Shown in pieces: positions 47,901 to 53,704 of a stretch of DNA of 64,000 bases; the stretch's first letter is position 1, and every line of letters begins with the position of its first letter. The position numbers were made by a program, and so were the translations under genes. The stretch covers positions 620,001-684,000 of the forward strand of contig JAKMXF010000144.1 in assembly GCA_024704765.1 (NCBI GenBank), given 5' to 3'. This DNA comes from Oopsacas minuta. Its lineage: Eukaryota; Animalia; Porifera. The notes under the pieces were generated by a model that made no database searches, was not told the DNA's origin, and was given only the letters and a program-made list of their open reading frames with translations.

Positions 47901-50010
47901 GCAGTTCTTTCTTGATGCAGGGGTTCTGCATAATATAGTATTCTATGCTAATTATTTGGGAGTGAGGGGAAATTCGATATTGACACCGCCTAAGGGTCGC
48001 GTAATGGGAGCAGGAATAGATCATGTGTTTGATTTGAATTCTCATATTTGGGAGTCAAGCCTTGCATACGGTTGGAGAAGATTCGCATACCAATTCGTTC
48101 CCAGAGTATCTACGGTTGATTTTACATTTGAACCATATGACAGTTCGTACACAATTGTTCTAGATGATATTGCTATATTTCGGTGTGTAGAAGTGTCTAG
48201 TTCTACCAAGGGAGTAACTCTATACGACACATACTATACTACACCCAATTTACTTCAAGCTAGTTGGGTTATGTATGATCCAGAGAGTGCTATGAACTTC
48301 TATTACTGGGCTATTGGTACAATATCAGGAGGACAGCAACTACTGCCTTATACATTGATAGGTAATACTTCACAGGTATCTGCTATGCATTTGGACATGC
48401 AACAAGGTACCACTGTGTATGTGAGTGCTGTTGGGATTAACAATGCGTTGCTGTCTAACTTTACTGTTTCTATTGGAGTTAATGTGGAGCTGACTGCGCC
48501 AATTCTTCCGGGTGTATGGGATGGACCAGGAGATGAGGATATAGATTATCAGCTGCTTTCTACTACAGTTTACATGGGATATGATATTCCTTATGATAGA
48601 GAGAGTGGGATAAAATCTTGTGAATGGGCTGTAGGTATGTTCAATCTTATATCTTAATATATTTATTTGTCGATGGGTTTTTGTCCGGAATTGATTGAGG
48701 AACGGGTAAGAGCTAGAGACTTGAAATTTGGCATGTATATGGAATGTGAAAAAATCTAGGAATAGTTTCTAAGATCTAAGCGATATCTCAAAAACTCTCA
48801 TATATATCCATTATCTACTGTAGTGACTTTTTCATAGACAGAAATTCATTTGTTGAATGCAATTGTGCTACAAGCCCATATTCTTCTAAAAAAAAGATTT
48901 GCGGAATCCTCCCTAAAATTGATCATTACTTGGATAAAATGAATATAGTTATATTGTTTGGAGGAGACTCGATAATTATAAATATAATTGTATCTTTTAG
49001 GTCAATCAAAAGGCTCTGCAAATGTACTAGAGTACATGAAAATACCAGACTACACAGTAGGTCATGTACAAGCTAGCCATGAGATGTTTGCTGATGACAC
49101 AACTCTATACTCTACACTCCGTTGTTTCAACGGAGCAGATTTAGAAGCTACTATTACAACCAATGGATTTACTATTGTAAATGAACCACCCATATCTGAT
49201 GGAGCCAGTGTAACAGTAATATACCCACAGTATACCCCATTTCCTAAGAGAGGGAATTATCAAGCTACTTCAGATCATGTTCAGTTCTATTGGGAAGGAT
49301 TCCAGGATGTTACAGGGCTAGAAAGCTATGAGTGTAGAATTGCAGGTGAGTACCCTCGTAACAGTGTTTAAATCAACATCTATATTTAACCTTTGATTGT
49401 AATTGTAGGTAAATTCACTGCTATTATTGACTGGGTTAATGTTGGTCTCGTACATCAGGCCTATTTTGATGATCTCAAACTGGTGGACAGACAGATATAC
49501 TATATCTACGTGAGGGCTATTAACATGGTTGGGCTTAAGAGCGAACCAGTGTATGCTTCGTTCTATGTAGACATCAAGCCACCTTCAATCATAGGTCAGT
49601 AGAACATCAAATATTCGCGGATAGGAGGAAATCTTAATTGCGAATTTTTCAAATTTGCCACTGTTTTTCGAGAAATTGATATCTTAATATATTTCATAGC
49701 TACTTAATTAATGAATTGATTCTGTTACATAGGTTACATTCGAACTTCTTGGGACAGAAGAGGCTATCTCAACATAGACTGGACAGACAGTTTCTCTCAC
49801 ACTTCTGACCTAAAGTATGAATTCATAATGGGAGACCCCCCTGGCTCTGACAGCGTGAAATCTCGCCTAAGCACTGGATTGAGTACATTACAGCTTCCTC
49901 CCTCAGAAGTTAATCCGTACTCTTTCTACTCTGTTACTGTTACTGCTATCACCATTTCAGGACTCACCAATACTATTAGTCGCCTCGTATACCCCGCTAG
50001 TGATAGTTAG
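17926..50010 (+). CDS. Giant secreted multidomain protein (~3,468 aa): signal peptide, EGF-like module, many FN3-like repeats, two jelly-roll/CBM-like modules
   Basis: 18 exons: 17926-17992, 18049-18159, 18299-18625, 18952-19114, 19228-20261, 20532-20707, 21201-21420, 35584-35759, 35832-36666, 37075-39087, 39249-39841, 40149-40404, 44526-44712, 44852-46533, 46877-48634, 49001-49345, 49409-49594, 49733-50010. All phases are compatible and the sum is 10,407 nt, divisible by 3. Repeat motif D.TPP..G.V.DG...D.DYQ...W.GF.D.ESG..YE..IGT; the DESPPIAG|[15 protein letters not shown] junction spans the 14-kb intron. No TM seen. Confidence 0.85.
18776..18923. mobile_element. hAT-like MITE in giant-gene intron 3
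   Basis: TIRs CAGTATTTCCAACG / CGTTGGAGACACTG (12/14 match); degenerate 8-bp TSD ATAATTAC / ATACTTTC. Confidence 0.65.
20830..20928. mobile_element. MITE family C remnant
   Basis: TTTTGTATATAGCAATCTAGGTTGCTGGTTAG matches the inverted ends of the element at 35034-35167. Left boundary is approximate. Confidence 0.55.
21703..23277 (-). CDS. Septin/AIG1-like GTPase + Cys/His module + coiled coil (type A1, 524 aa)
   Basis: G1 GETGSGKS, G3 WDIPGFGD, G4-region [11 protein letters not shown], CxxCxxTCHxxC...CxxCPxxCxxxxH, C-terminal coiled coil; intronless. Confidence 0.9.
   Translation of the reverse strand: MTEVEHSKPDRTLEKSILKTWKGKSTKIPNQYDNELDMYTFPAEKISVSDYQKVTKKNPKNIIMMGETGSGKSTLINAFINYAAGVEMEDPLRFKLVIDEVDSAGDQSISQTTDISGYLIEDTLLGYDIQIWDIPGFGDTQGIERDEMIKEQINELLKIEDECHAVCFVVKANVNRLTDIQRYIIDRVLLFFGKEAKENIYLLATFEDGSHPEMLSALEKSNFPFDEKRWFAFNNADLFKNPSQRTPFTKMYWDNTIDSIEKFFRDVGHQHAFSLTTTKAVIEDREKLKMNINAITSELDKALVIKNIGEENLRNLEAGKGEVERKRHFTKKVTAHKKVPVATNNITTFCKKCTYTCHDNCSIQNDSDKARCWAMTDGYCRICPERCKWDWHSNERYIYKDEIVESEEFVKDVKQQLDDANKRLSIYDQKRVSLEREKAKTQEKMNKLLGKIKDQIQSLKDTAKQNYSLDMYRYFMIKSKAEAKRGNQQKAIQYENLAKQEQILMQSESLTSESMMELAPSKIL
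24305..24330. mobile_element. DNA-transposon terminal-repeat remnant (superfamily undetermined, Harbinger/Kolobok-like)
   Basis: GTTACGTAACGTTTGAACGG(C/T)(A/C)CCTT recurs at 24305, 30232 and 50303; the last copy ends in TTAA. Confidence 0.45.
24508..26412 (-). CDS. SAM-like + septin/AIG1-like GTPase + Cys/His module + coiled coil (type B1, 634 aa)
   Basis: N-terminal [28 protein letters not shown] (SAM-like pattern), G1 GETGCGKS, G3 WDTPGF, same Cys/His spacing as type A; intronless. Confidence 0.9.
   Translation of the reverse strand: MTEQCTFVKVEDLTETQTKSILEFTFPNEFKKINFEDLGDIKGDILLSLTDKELKEDLKITCQDTRTDFLQLLENYKRYGVPIIGGIVVHNEDLAQSSIKTYNQQVIIELALAEGKQKQQNKMNTKLLSCQITQSGFANQEDTVKQILILGETGCGKSALINSIANVLLKMEQSTQFRFKAIDNEEQTGTSLTDAIQGYKLEVKHSTNSYVFWDTPGFSNTNGFEHDMNISKSIADFLHKIQHLDAVVVVEKYNDVISKKSSEKTKQVKKYLFNQMLSYFGKEIIPYVYLFLTFPSHYEEILPDLTEYTFPFLPQQVYTINNGVMFERESSMPQISKLFWDRNMKLINNFIDKLHARKVIQLEYSNNNILEQKHQLNVNSKGFLGSLDLMKGHTIKCQKLEDEKSIKQGIIRDNTNYYTEETSTIKYSEATKKNTTYCTVCVFTCHADCLKKDKKECEAFDINGNCQYCPHKCSAKYHEDHPYIIEEKQTTKQNRNYNKKVIFDQAKAQLTHIEADIKNCTNEYTKLTKEALEWQIKVQSNLTELKRIAPYFDVDSTYNYLELIKQQKKSRHEHCTPFEIETFLIQYIVVRMSQTMSRPEAVNHKKVNPEEALEKIKSEIIELEKEMSFTSPLL
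26546..26604. mobile_element. 59-bp hairpin mini-MITE (family B)
   Basis: TA-CCGTATTATCCTGAATACGC-GCCGAGGCGCCCGAG-GCTTATTCAGGGAAATACAG-TA. Confidence 0.7.
26807..29203 (-). CDS. Double-GTPase chimera (type A2, 798 aa): degenerate GTPase domain + intact GTPase domain + Cys/His module + coiled coil
   Basis: Two G1 motifs ([16 protein letters not shown]). First G3 is DTPE, second is DTPG. The second half is nearly identical to gene C after its SAM region. Confidence 0.9.
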   Translation of the reverse strand: MAEVEHSKPDRTLEKSILKTWKGKSTKILNQCSNKLDMYTFPAEKISVSHYQKVTKENLKNIIMMGETGSGKSTLINAFINYAAGIEMEDPLRFKLVNHENESLTREISGYLIEDTFLEYPIMIWDTPEFGDGDEKIKQQIDDLFNIDEFHAICFVINPSVDRLTDTQKIIIDSIQQLFKRKAEMNTYVLARFGDEDCPKDISQSMKSKFPFDENCFFAFNNADLFKSKSERSSAAKQYWDITINSIIRFHNTLAHQLPFRITTETRKAIVKLFRITPDRNIIEKPKRTIFDEFVNKSTKIVKECIRGLDIYAFPAKKTSISEYKQSSSKNLRKIIIMGETGTGKSTLLNAFVNYAAGVEMDDPLRFKLVIDEVDSAGDQSISQTTDISGYLIEDTLLGYDIQIWDTPGFGNTQGIERDEMIKEQINELLKIEDECHAVCFVVKDNVNRLTDIQKYIIDRVLLFFGKEAKENIYLLATFGDGNRPEMLSALEKSNFPFDENRWFAFNNKDLFKNPSQRTECTKMYWEYTIDSIGKFFRDVDHQHAFSLTTTKAVIGDREKLKMNINAITSELDEALEIKKNSKENLMKLKAVKSKVENMEQFKKKVTAHTKVPVPTKNITTFCRKCTHTCHENCSIPNNSDKAGCWAMTDGYCRICPKGCKWDWHSNEPIIYKDEIVESEEFVKDDDKQLFDDATKELSICDKERVELERETAKAQENINKLLRQIKDQIQSLKNTAIQNYSLDMYKYFTTISEAEAKRGNQQKAIQYEKIAKQEQIQLQSESLTAESMMELAPSKIL
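30433..32337 (-). CDS. SAM-like + GTPase + Cys/His module + coiled coil (type B2, 634 aa)
   Basis: Paralogue of 24508-26412, same length, all motifs intact. Confidence 0.9.
   Translation of the reverse strand: MTEQCTFVKVKDLTETQTKSILEFTFPNEFKKINFEDLGDINGDILLSLTDKELKEDLKITCQDTRTDFLQLVEKHKRYGVPIIGGIVVHNEDLAQSSIKTYNQQVIIELALTEGKQKQQNKMNTKLLSCQITQSGFANQEDTVKQILILGETGCGKSALINSIANVLLKMEQSTQFRFKVIDNEEQTGTSSTDAIQGYKLEVKHSTYSYMFWDTPGFSNTNGFEHDMNISKSIADFLHKIQHLDAVVVVEKYNDLLSKKSSEKTKQVKNYLFNQMLSYFGKEIIPYVYLFLTFPSHYEEILPDLTEYTFPFLPQQVYTINNGVMFERESSMPQISKLFWDRNMKLISNFIDKLHARKGIQLEYSNNNILEQKHQLNVNSKWFFGSLDKMKGHTIKCQKLEDEKSIKEGIIRDNTNYYTEETSTIKYSVPTKKNTTYCTVCIFTCHADCLKKDKKECEAFDKHGKCQYCPKKCPAKHHEAFPYIVEEKQTTKQNVNNDKKIKFDQAMVQLTQIEAVIKNCTNEYTKLTKEALEWQIKVQSNLTELKRIAPYFDVDSTYNYLELIKQQKKSRHEHCTPFEIETFLIQYIVVRMSQTMSRPEAVNHKKVNPEEALEKIKSEIIELEKEMSFTSPLL
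32471..32529. mobile_element. 59-bp hairpin mini-MITE (family B), duplicated with the tandem unit
   Basis: Same hairpin as 26546-26604, offset by 5,925 bp. Confidence 0.7.
32732..34558 (-). CDS. SAM-like + GTPase + Cys/His module + coiled coil (type C, 608 aa)
   Basis: N-terminal [34 protein letters not shown] (SAM-like), G1 GETGTGKS, G3 WDTPGFGD, Cys/His module; intronless; first gene of the array in transcription order. Confidence 0.9.
   Translation of the reverse strand: MASCTKTKELNKLTEKETQHLLGQMKFQSITQLLLSGNYGEVTGEIFNVIDDKTLKNELKVKSSIKRKLFLKKIAEYRKKGVPLDLIQYEGDITQKQNKTVLNEFKRKSTKIEKECMPGLDIYAFPAKKTSISEYKQSSSKNLKKIIIMGETGTGKSTLLNAFVNYAAGVEMDDPLRFKLVIDEVDRAGDQSISQTTDISGYLIEDTLLGYDIQIWDTPGFGDTQGIERDEMIKEQINELLKIEDECHAVCFVVKANVNRLTDIQKYIIDRVLLFFGKEAKENIYLLATFGDGNRPEMLSALEKSNFPFDEKRWFAFNNADLFKNPSQRTGFTKMYWDNTIDSIGKFFRDVGHQHAFSLTTTKAVIEDREKLKMNINAIKTELDKALVIENTCEENLRKLEAEKGQIERTKQFKKKVTAHKKVSVPTMNITTFCIQCTHTCHETCGIPNKSDKARCWAMTDGYCRICPGRCKWNWHQNEPYIYKEEIVEKEEIVKDVKQKFDDATKQLSIYEEMKRSLEREKAKAQENMNKLLGQIKHQIQSLKNTAILNYSKDVYSYIMTLSEAEANRGNQQKAIQYENLAKQEQIQMQNESLTAESMMELSHSKIL
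35034..35167. mobile_element. MITE family C
   Basis: Left CTAACCTCAGCAACCTGGATTGCTATATACAAAAT and right GTTTGTATATAGCAATATTGGTTAG are imperfect inverted repeats. Confidence 0.6.
35351..35473. promoter_or_regulatory. Cluster of three palindromic AP-1/TRE (TGACTCA) sites upstream of the GTPase array
   Basis: GAATGACTCATTC at 35351, 35413 and 35456; 35408-35430 is the 23-bp palindrome TATTAGAATGA-C-TCATTCTAATA. Function is inferred only. Confidence 0.45.
36871..37000. mobile_element. MITE family A copy in giant-gene intron 9
   Basis: TA-CAGTTAACT...TTCGATATAACAGAGTTGACTG-TA with the shared core. Confidence 0.8.
40529..42176 (-). CDS. HDDC3: MESH1 (ppGpp hydrolase/NADPH phosphatase, HD domain), two exons
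   Basis: Exons 42176-41997 and 40951-40529 (phase 0). [49 protein letters not shown]. Lies in giant-gene intron 40405-44525. Confidence 0.93.
40999..41146. mobile_element. MITE related to family A, in HDDC3 intron
   Basis: TA-CAGCGAACTCTCGTTATAAC...GTTATAACAGGAGCTTAATG-TA. Confidence 0.65.
41332..41772 (-). CDS. PIGP: GPI-GlcNAc transferase subunit P, intronless, nested in HDDC3 intron
   Basis: [38 protein letters not shown], two TM segments, and a C-terminal ...DIPIEIVN motif. Confidence 0.9.
   Translation of the reverse strand: MPRIEPESNPFPKPSRAIYGFVAYQASFILMIAYLVWAYVPDESLHDLGITYIPKKYWAIAVPTYIPFFIICGIVFYIGLNFTYVPELNDPRTLGYDPYSYPAGEEDMEQDSSKEELPKVRDIPIEIVNTHMFQLVDVYANRRQSS
43122..44333 (+). 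CDS. UBOX5: U-box domain protein 5 (RNF37)-like, lacking a recognisable C-terminal RING
   Basis: N-terminal YEPQNLIS...RSYGFRAE characteristic of UBOX5; U-box [26 protein letters not shown]...DPFTG. Intronless; likely ATG at 43122; same strand as the host gene. Confidence 0.85.
   Translation: MLVNICTDLAGITASCNCVYVAEYEPQNLISSTPVLRSYGFRAERYVRGSVIVNIDLSSMKIPFSIAAIVMRGAMRENTSFVADVFVSDGDLEKSIGRLSFGGPNRSSPIGSLVRDRGVCVFDLASVVRGSYISEALVLNKISQSVNMQNTFFIRRTVKGVSVKMNNLRGGISAGLHWLEIWSECRMEPYVISPSLPSLYTGTEIRNLYSSKEGIISTPPTSKVEPTCVPEETPHEFIDQLTYELMKNPVTLPSGNTVDMESIRKLLNQDKPPIDPFTGLSLGQFTPVTNIILRDKISKFKSSKYGASEIGYPQSNTCAIQHNTEFNGTLPPEISTPVDLTEIRKKRLAHFQNDTTFTKRNKIERPHRELLLTTQLPFECTVVEQKPKHNSDTIDLTISEDSS
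46676..46840. mobile_element. Partial MITE related to family A, giant-gene intron 14
   Basis: TA-CAGTATACTCCCATTATA... with repeated TTATAACGAA motifs; right TIR eroded. Confidence 0.5.
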
Positions 50011-50477
50011 AAATAAATAAATACTTTCATTAATTATTGCTCATATAACTTCATTTATTTTATACCGCTTGAGAGTGAGAGTCTCATATACATAGAATTT
50101 GTAGTGTATGTATTGCTTTTGTGTTTGATAAATTTAAGATATTGTGTGCTATTATTTTCGACATTTTCATATTTACGATATCAGCGAATCCAGCGATAAT
50201 GCTCCATATTCAAGTTCAAATGTTACCTAAATTTTGACCCCCTCACCTGTGTAAAACAAATGCGGTTGTCACACTTCGGATACCATCACCTCCTCTTGTG
50301 GTGTTACGTAACGTTTGAACGGTCCCTTAAATAGTATGTTCGAAACAATGTATTTTATGCCACTGACTTTTGGGTGACGTACTAAATTGACAATTTATGA
50401 TGTACTATATATATTGCCGCAACACACCTTGCACCATTTGAACCCCCACTTAAACATGTAATCATATCCATTACTAG

Positions 50478-50969
50478 ATGTTATCACTATTGAGGCAATC
50501 TCGCCTTCTTATGAGGCCGAACACACTCACTCTTGCCAACAGAACTCCAGCAGTTGCATGGTACCACAAGAATGTATTAGATCATTATGAAAATCCTAGA
50601 AACGTTGGTTCATTGGATAAGAGCAAGAAAAACGTAGGAACTGGGCTAGTAGGAGCACCAGCTTGCGGTGACGTCATGAAACTACAAATAGAAGTTGATG
50701 ATGAAGGTAAGATCGTAAATGCCAAATTCAAAACATTTGGCTGTGGATCAGCTATCGCTTCTAGCTCGCTTGCAACAGAGTGGGTGAAAGGGAAGCGAGT
50801 GAACGATGCCGGTAAGATCAAGAATTCTGAAATTGCAAAAGAATTGAAACTCCCACCTGTAAAACTCCACTGTTCTATGTTAGCAGAGGATGCTATCAAG
50901 GCTGCTCTCAAAGATTATCAGCGTAAACAGGATGATGCTAAGAATACTCAGAGTGCTACAGCTAACTAA
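50478..50969 (+). CDS. ISCU: Iron-sulfur cluster scaffold protein, mitochondrial
   Basis: Presequence, then YHKNVLDHYENPRNVG, GAPACGDVMKLQI, FKTFGCGSAIASSS, LPPVKLHCSMLAEDA; intronless. Confidence 0.97.
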   Translation: MLSLLRQSRLLMRPNTLTLANRTPAVAWYHKNVLDHYENPRNVGSLDKSKKNVGTGLVGAPACGDVMKLQIEVDDEGKIVNAKFKTFGCGSAIASSSLATEWVKGKRVNDAGKIKNSEIAKELKLPPVKLHCSMLAEDAIKAALKDYQRKQDDAKNTQSATAN

Positions 50970-51334
50970 CTTCTAATTTACATTCCTTTAGTTATTATAA
51001 ATCAAACCTTAAATTCTCCCTACCTGCTTGAATTTGTGATCAATGAGGATTATATCAACTAATATATTCAGAAATTTACTAGGTAAATTGCATGCTTGTC
51101 TTCCCTAGCCAGACTGCTAGAATCAGTGATCAGAAAGGCAGCCCTATCTGTCCTTTTACTGGCTACAAGACCCTGTTTATTCTGTATTATTCGTCCATTT
51201 TTTACAGTGACCTTTCTGGCAAACACTGGCTGCTGAGCCAAATCCCTATTTCCTTCATATTTGCAAATAGTAATATTCTGTGGTTTTGTGTTTATTTTTA
51301 GAATGAAATTCTTCCTCATGAACTCGTGACTCTA

Positions 51335-53280
51335 ATGTTTGCTAAATTCTCCACATACTGTTTATACATCCATAAACGAACTCAAAAAATCAAATTATTC
51401 ACTCGAATTGCTCATAGAGCCAAATATGTTACGAGTAACAACTATAAGCAATGCAATTCCGCTAACCACTGGACACGTGACCGAATGCTGAGATCTAATG
51501 AAATAGCTAAACCCCAGATGACACGAAGAGGATTAGATAACTCCGATAAACCATTCATTCCCTCATTAGTGGGAGGAGTTAAGCCTAATGCTCTGGATCC
51601 TGTTAGAGACGTGGATAGTCCTTCTATACATCCCTACTATAATGAATTACAGAATTTAGAATATTCTAATGCTGTATTACAGAGCAGGTAAGTGTAGGTA
51701 GAATATTCGGCATACTGTTTAGGGTAGCGATTCCCAACCTTTTCACCCATGGATACTTCTATCTATTTTCACAGTCTACAGGATCACCTCCCATAAACTG
51801 CAAATTGAATTTGAGATCCTGTGGACACCCTGCTATATTCCGTCTTCCGGGAAGGGATCCATGAACCTGGCATAGGTTATAAATACCTTGATAACACAGG
51901 AATGTAGGAGTAGGAGTATTGTGATTAACATTCATAATATGTTCCAGCAAATAAATTTACTCCTCTCTTTCAATCTATTATATTATTTTAGCGAACCAGA
52001 TGATCCTGGTCCTCTGGACAATCACACCTACGAGTTCATCACTACAGAAGATAGGATAGACGTGTTGGTACAGAAACTGAATGAAGTGACAGAAATCGCG
52101 ATTGACTTAGAACATCACGACTATCGATCTTATTTAGGGTTTACTTGTCTTGTACAGATCTCAATCAAAGGACATGATTATGTCATTGATCCTCTATGTG
52201 TGGGACACTGTTTACACAAGCTATTGGACCCCTTCACTAATCCTCAAATCATAAAGGTAAACTAAATTCACATAGAATTATCATATATATCATTATATCG
52301 ATAAATTTCCAGGTATTACATGGAGGAAATTCTGATTTGCTATGTCTACAGAGAGACTTCAGCCTCTATCTGGTTGGAATGTTTGATACTTATACATCAG
52401 CTATAGCTTTGCGATTACCAAAACTATCACTAGCATTCCTACTCAATCATTATTGTAATGTTACTGCGAGCAAAAAGTTCCAAATTGCAGATTGGCGTTT
52501 GAGACCACTCCCCCCTCAGATGGAGAGATACGCCCGAGAGGACACTCACTACTTACTCCACATCTACCATAGAATGAGAGATGAACTAATCAGGAGAAGT
52601 ACCAAGGATACATATTTACTAACTGAAGTAAGTAATAGATTTACAGTAGATTATTGTTATGTTACTTATGTATAATTCTAGTTACTTGACAAGAGTAGAA
52701 AGGTTTGTTTAAAAGTATACACAAAACCGATGTTCTACCCACAAGGTTATCTAAGACTGCTCTCTAAGAACGCTCGCTCAATAAACCCCTTCCAGAGAGA
52801 GATAGCTAAGAGATTGTACGCCTGGCGTAACCTCATTGCTCGTGAGAAAGATGAGAGTTTTGAGTACGTTCTCCCTACGTACATGTTGAAACAGATATCA
52901 AGGAACATTCCTTCTGGTCATCATGGTATCCTAGCATGTTGTTATCCTATTCCTCCTATAGTAGAGAGCTGTATTGATGAATTGGTTATCATTATAGAGA
53001 ATGCGAAGAAAAACTGTTACGAGCTATCATATCGATGCAAATCTCCTAAGAGTAAGAGTTATATATTAAAAATTTCTTGGAAATTCCATTAACATCATCC
53101 AATCTGGAAATCACTGTTTAGTTGAGCTTTGTTCTTCTAAAATTCAAATTGCATATACTATAATATCTATTTTTAGATATTTGTCCTGATATGCATCAAA
53201 TAAGTGAGTCTCTAAAACGCAAGAGTAATTATGTTTGTTCATGTCACTATGACCTAATTAAAGAAAAGATTGAATTATAG
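51335..53280 (+). CDS. EXOSC10-like: Short Rrp6/EXOSC10 paralogue (468 aa): basic N-terminal extension + DEDD-Y exonuclease + HRDC; no PMC2NT or long C-tail
   Basis: Exons 51335-51687, 51992-52256, 52313-52627, 52682-53051, 53177-53280 (1,407 nt, in frame, TAG). IAIDLEHH, HGGNSD and YAREDTHYL retained; same intron positions as the full-length copy. The last exon is less certain. Confidence 0.8.
51725..51890. mobile_element. hAT-like MITE in intron 1 of the short Rrp6 paralogue
   Basis: 5' end AGCGATTCCCAACCTTTTCACCCATGGA matches the reverse complement of 17765-17792; 3' end is degenerate. Confidence 0.55.
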
Positions 53281-53704
53281 AGACGCAAATATTATGTCCG
53301 CCCTTCCCTTGAGCCTCCCGACACTATAATCCAGGCAAGATATTACCTCGAAGACAATATCTGGGAATTAAGACGTCAAACGATTGATTATACTGAATGT
53401 GTTAGGAATTGGATTGTCAGGTAAGTACCAAAGGTGCACATGTCGGTTAAGATGCTATGATATTAAACATCATTTTGGGACAGGACAATGCTTGCTCAAT
53501 CTTATAATACCATTAATATATTTCTATACTTTAGTGCCTACAATTATAAACATTAATAATACGTATACGAATTCAAGAATATTCTTAGTATTTGATAATA
53601 CTTCGATCTCAAATGTAACCCACATGATATATGTTAAAACTATGTATGGAAACACTCCTGACATAACTCTCTACTATTAGTTTGTATTTATTTAATCCTA
53701 CCGT

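Noticed and set aside
51068-51319. Overlapping ORFs between ISCU and the short Rrp6
   Set aside because: No recognisable motifs or splice support on either strand.
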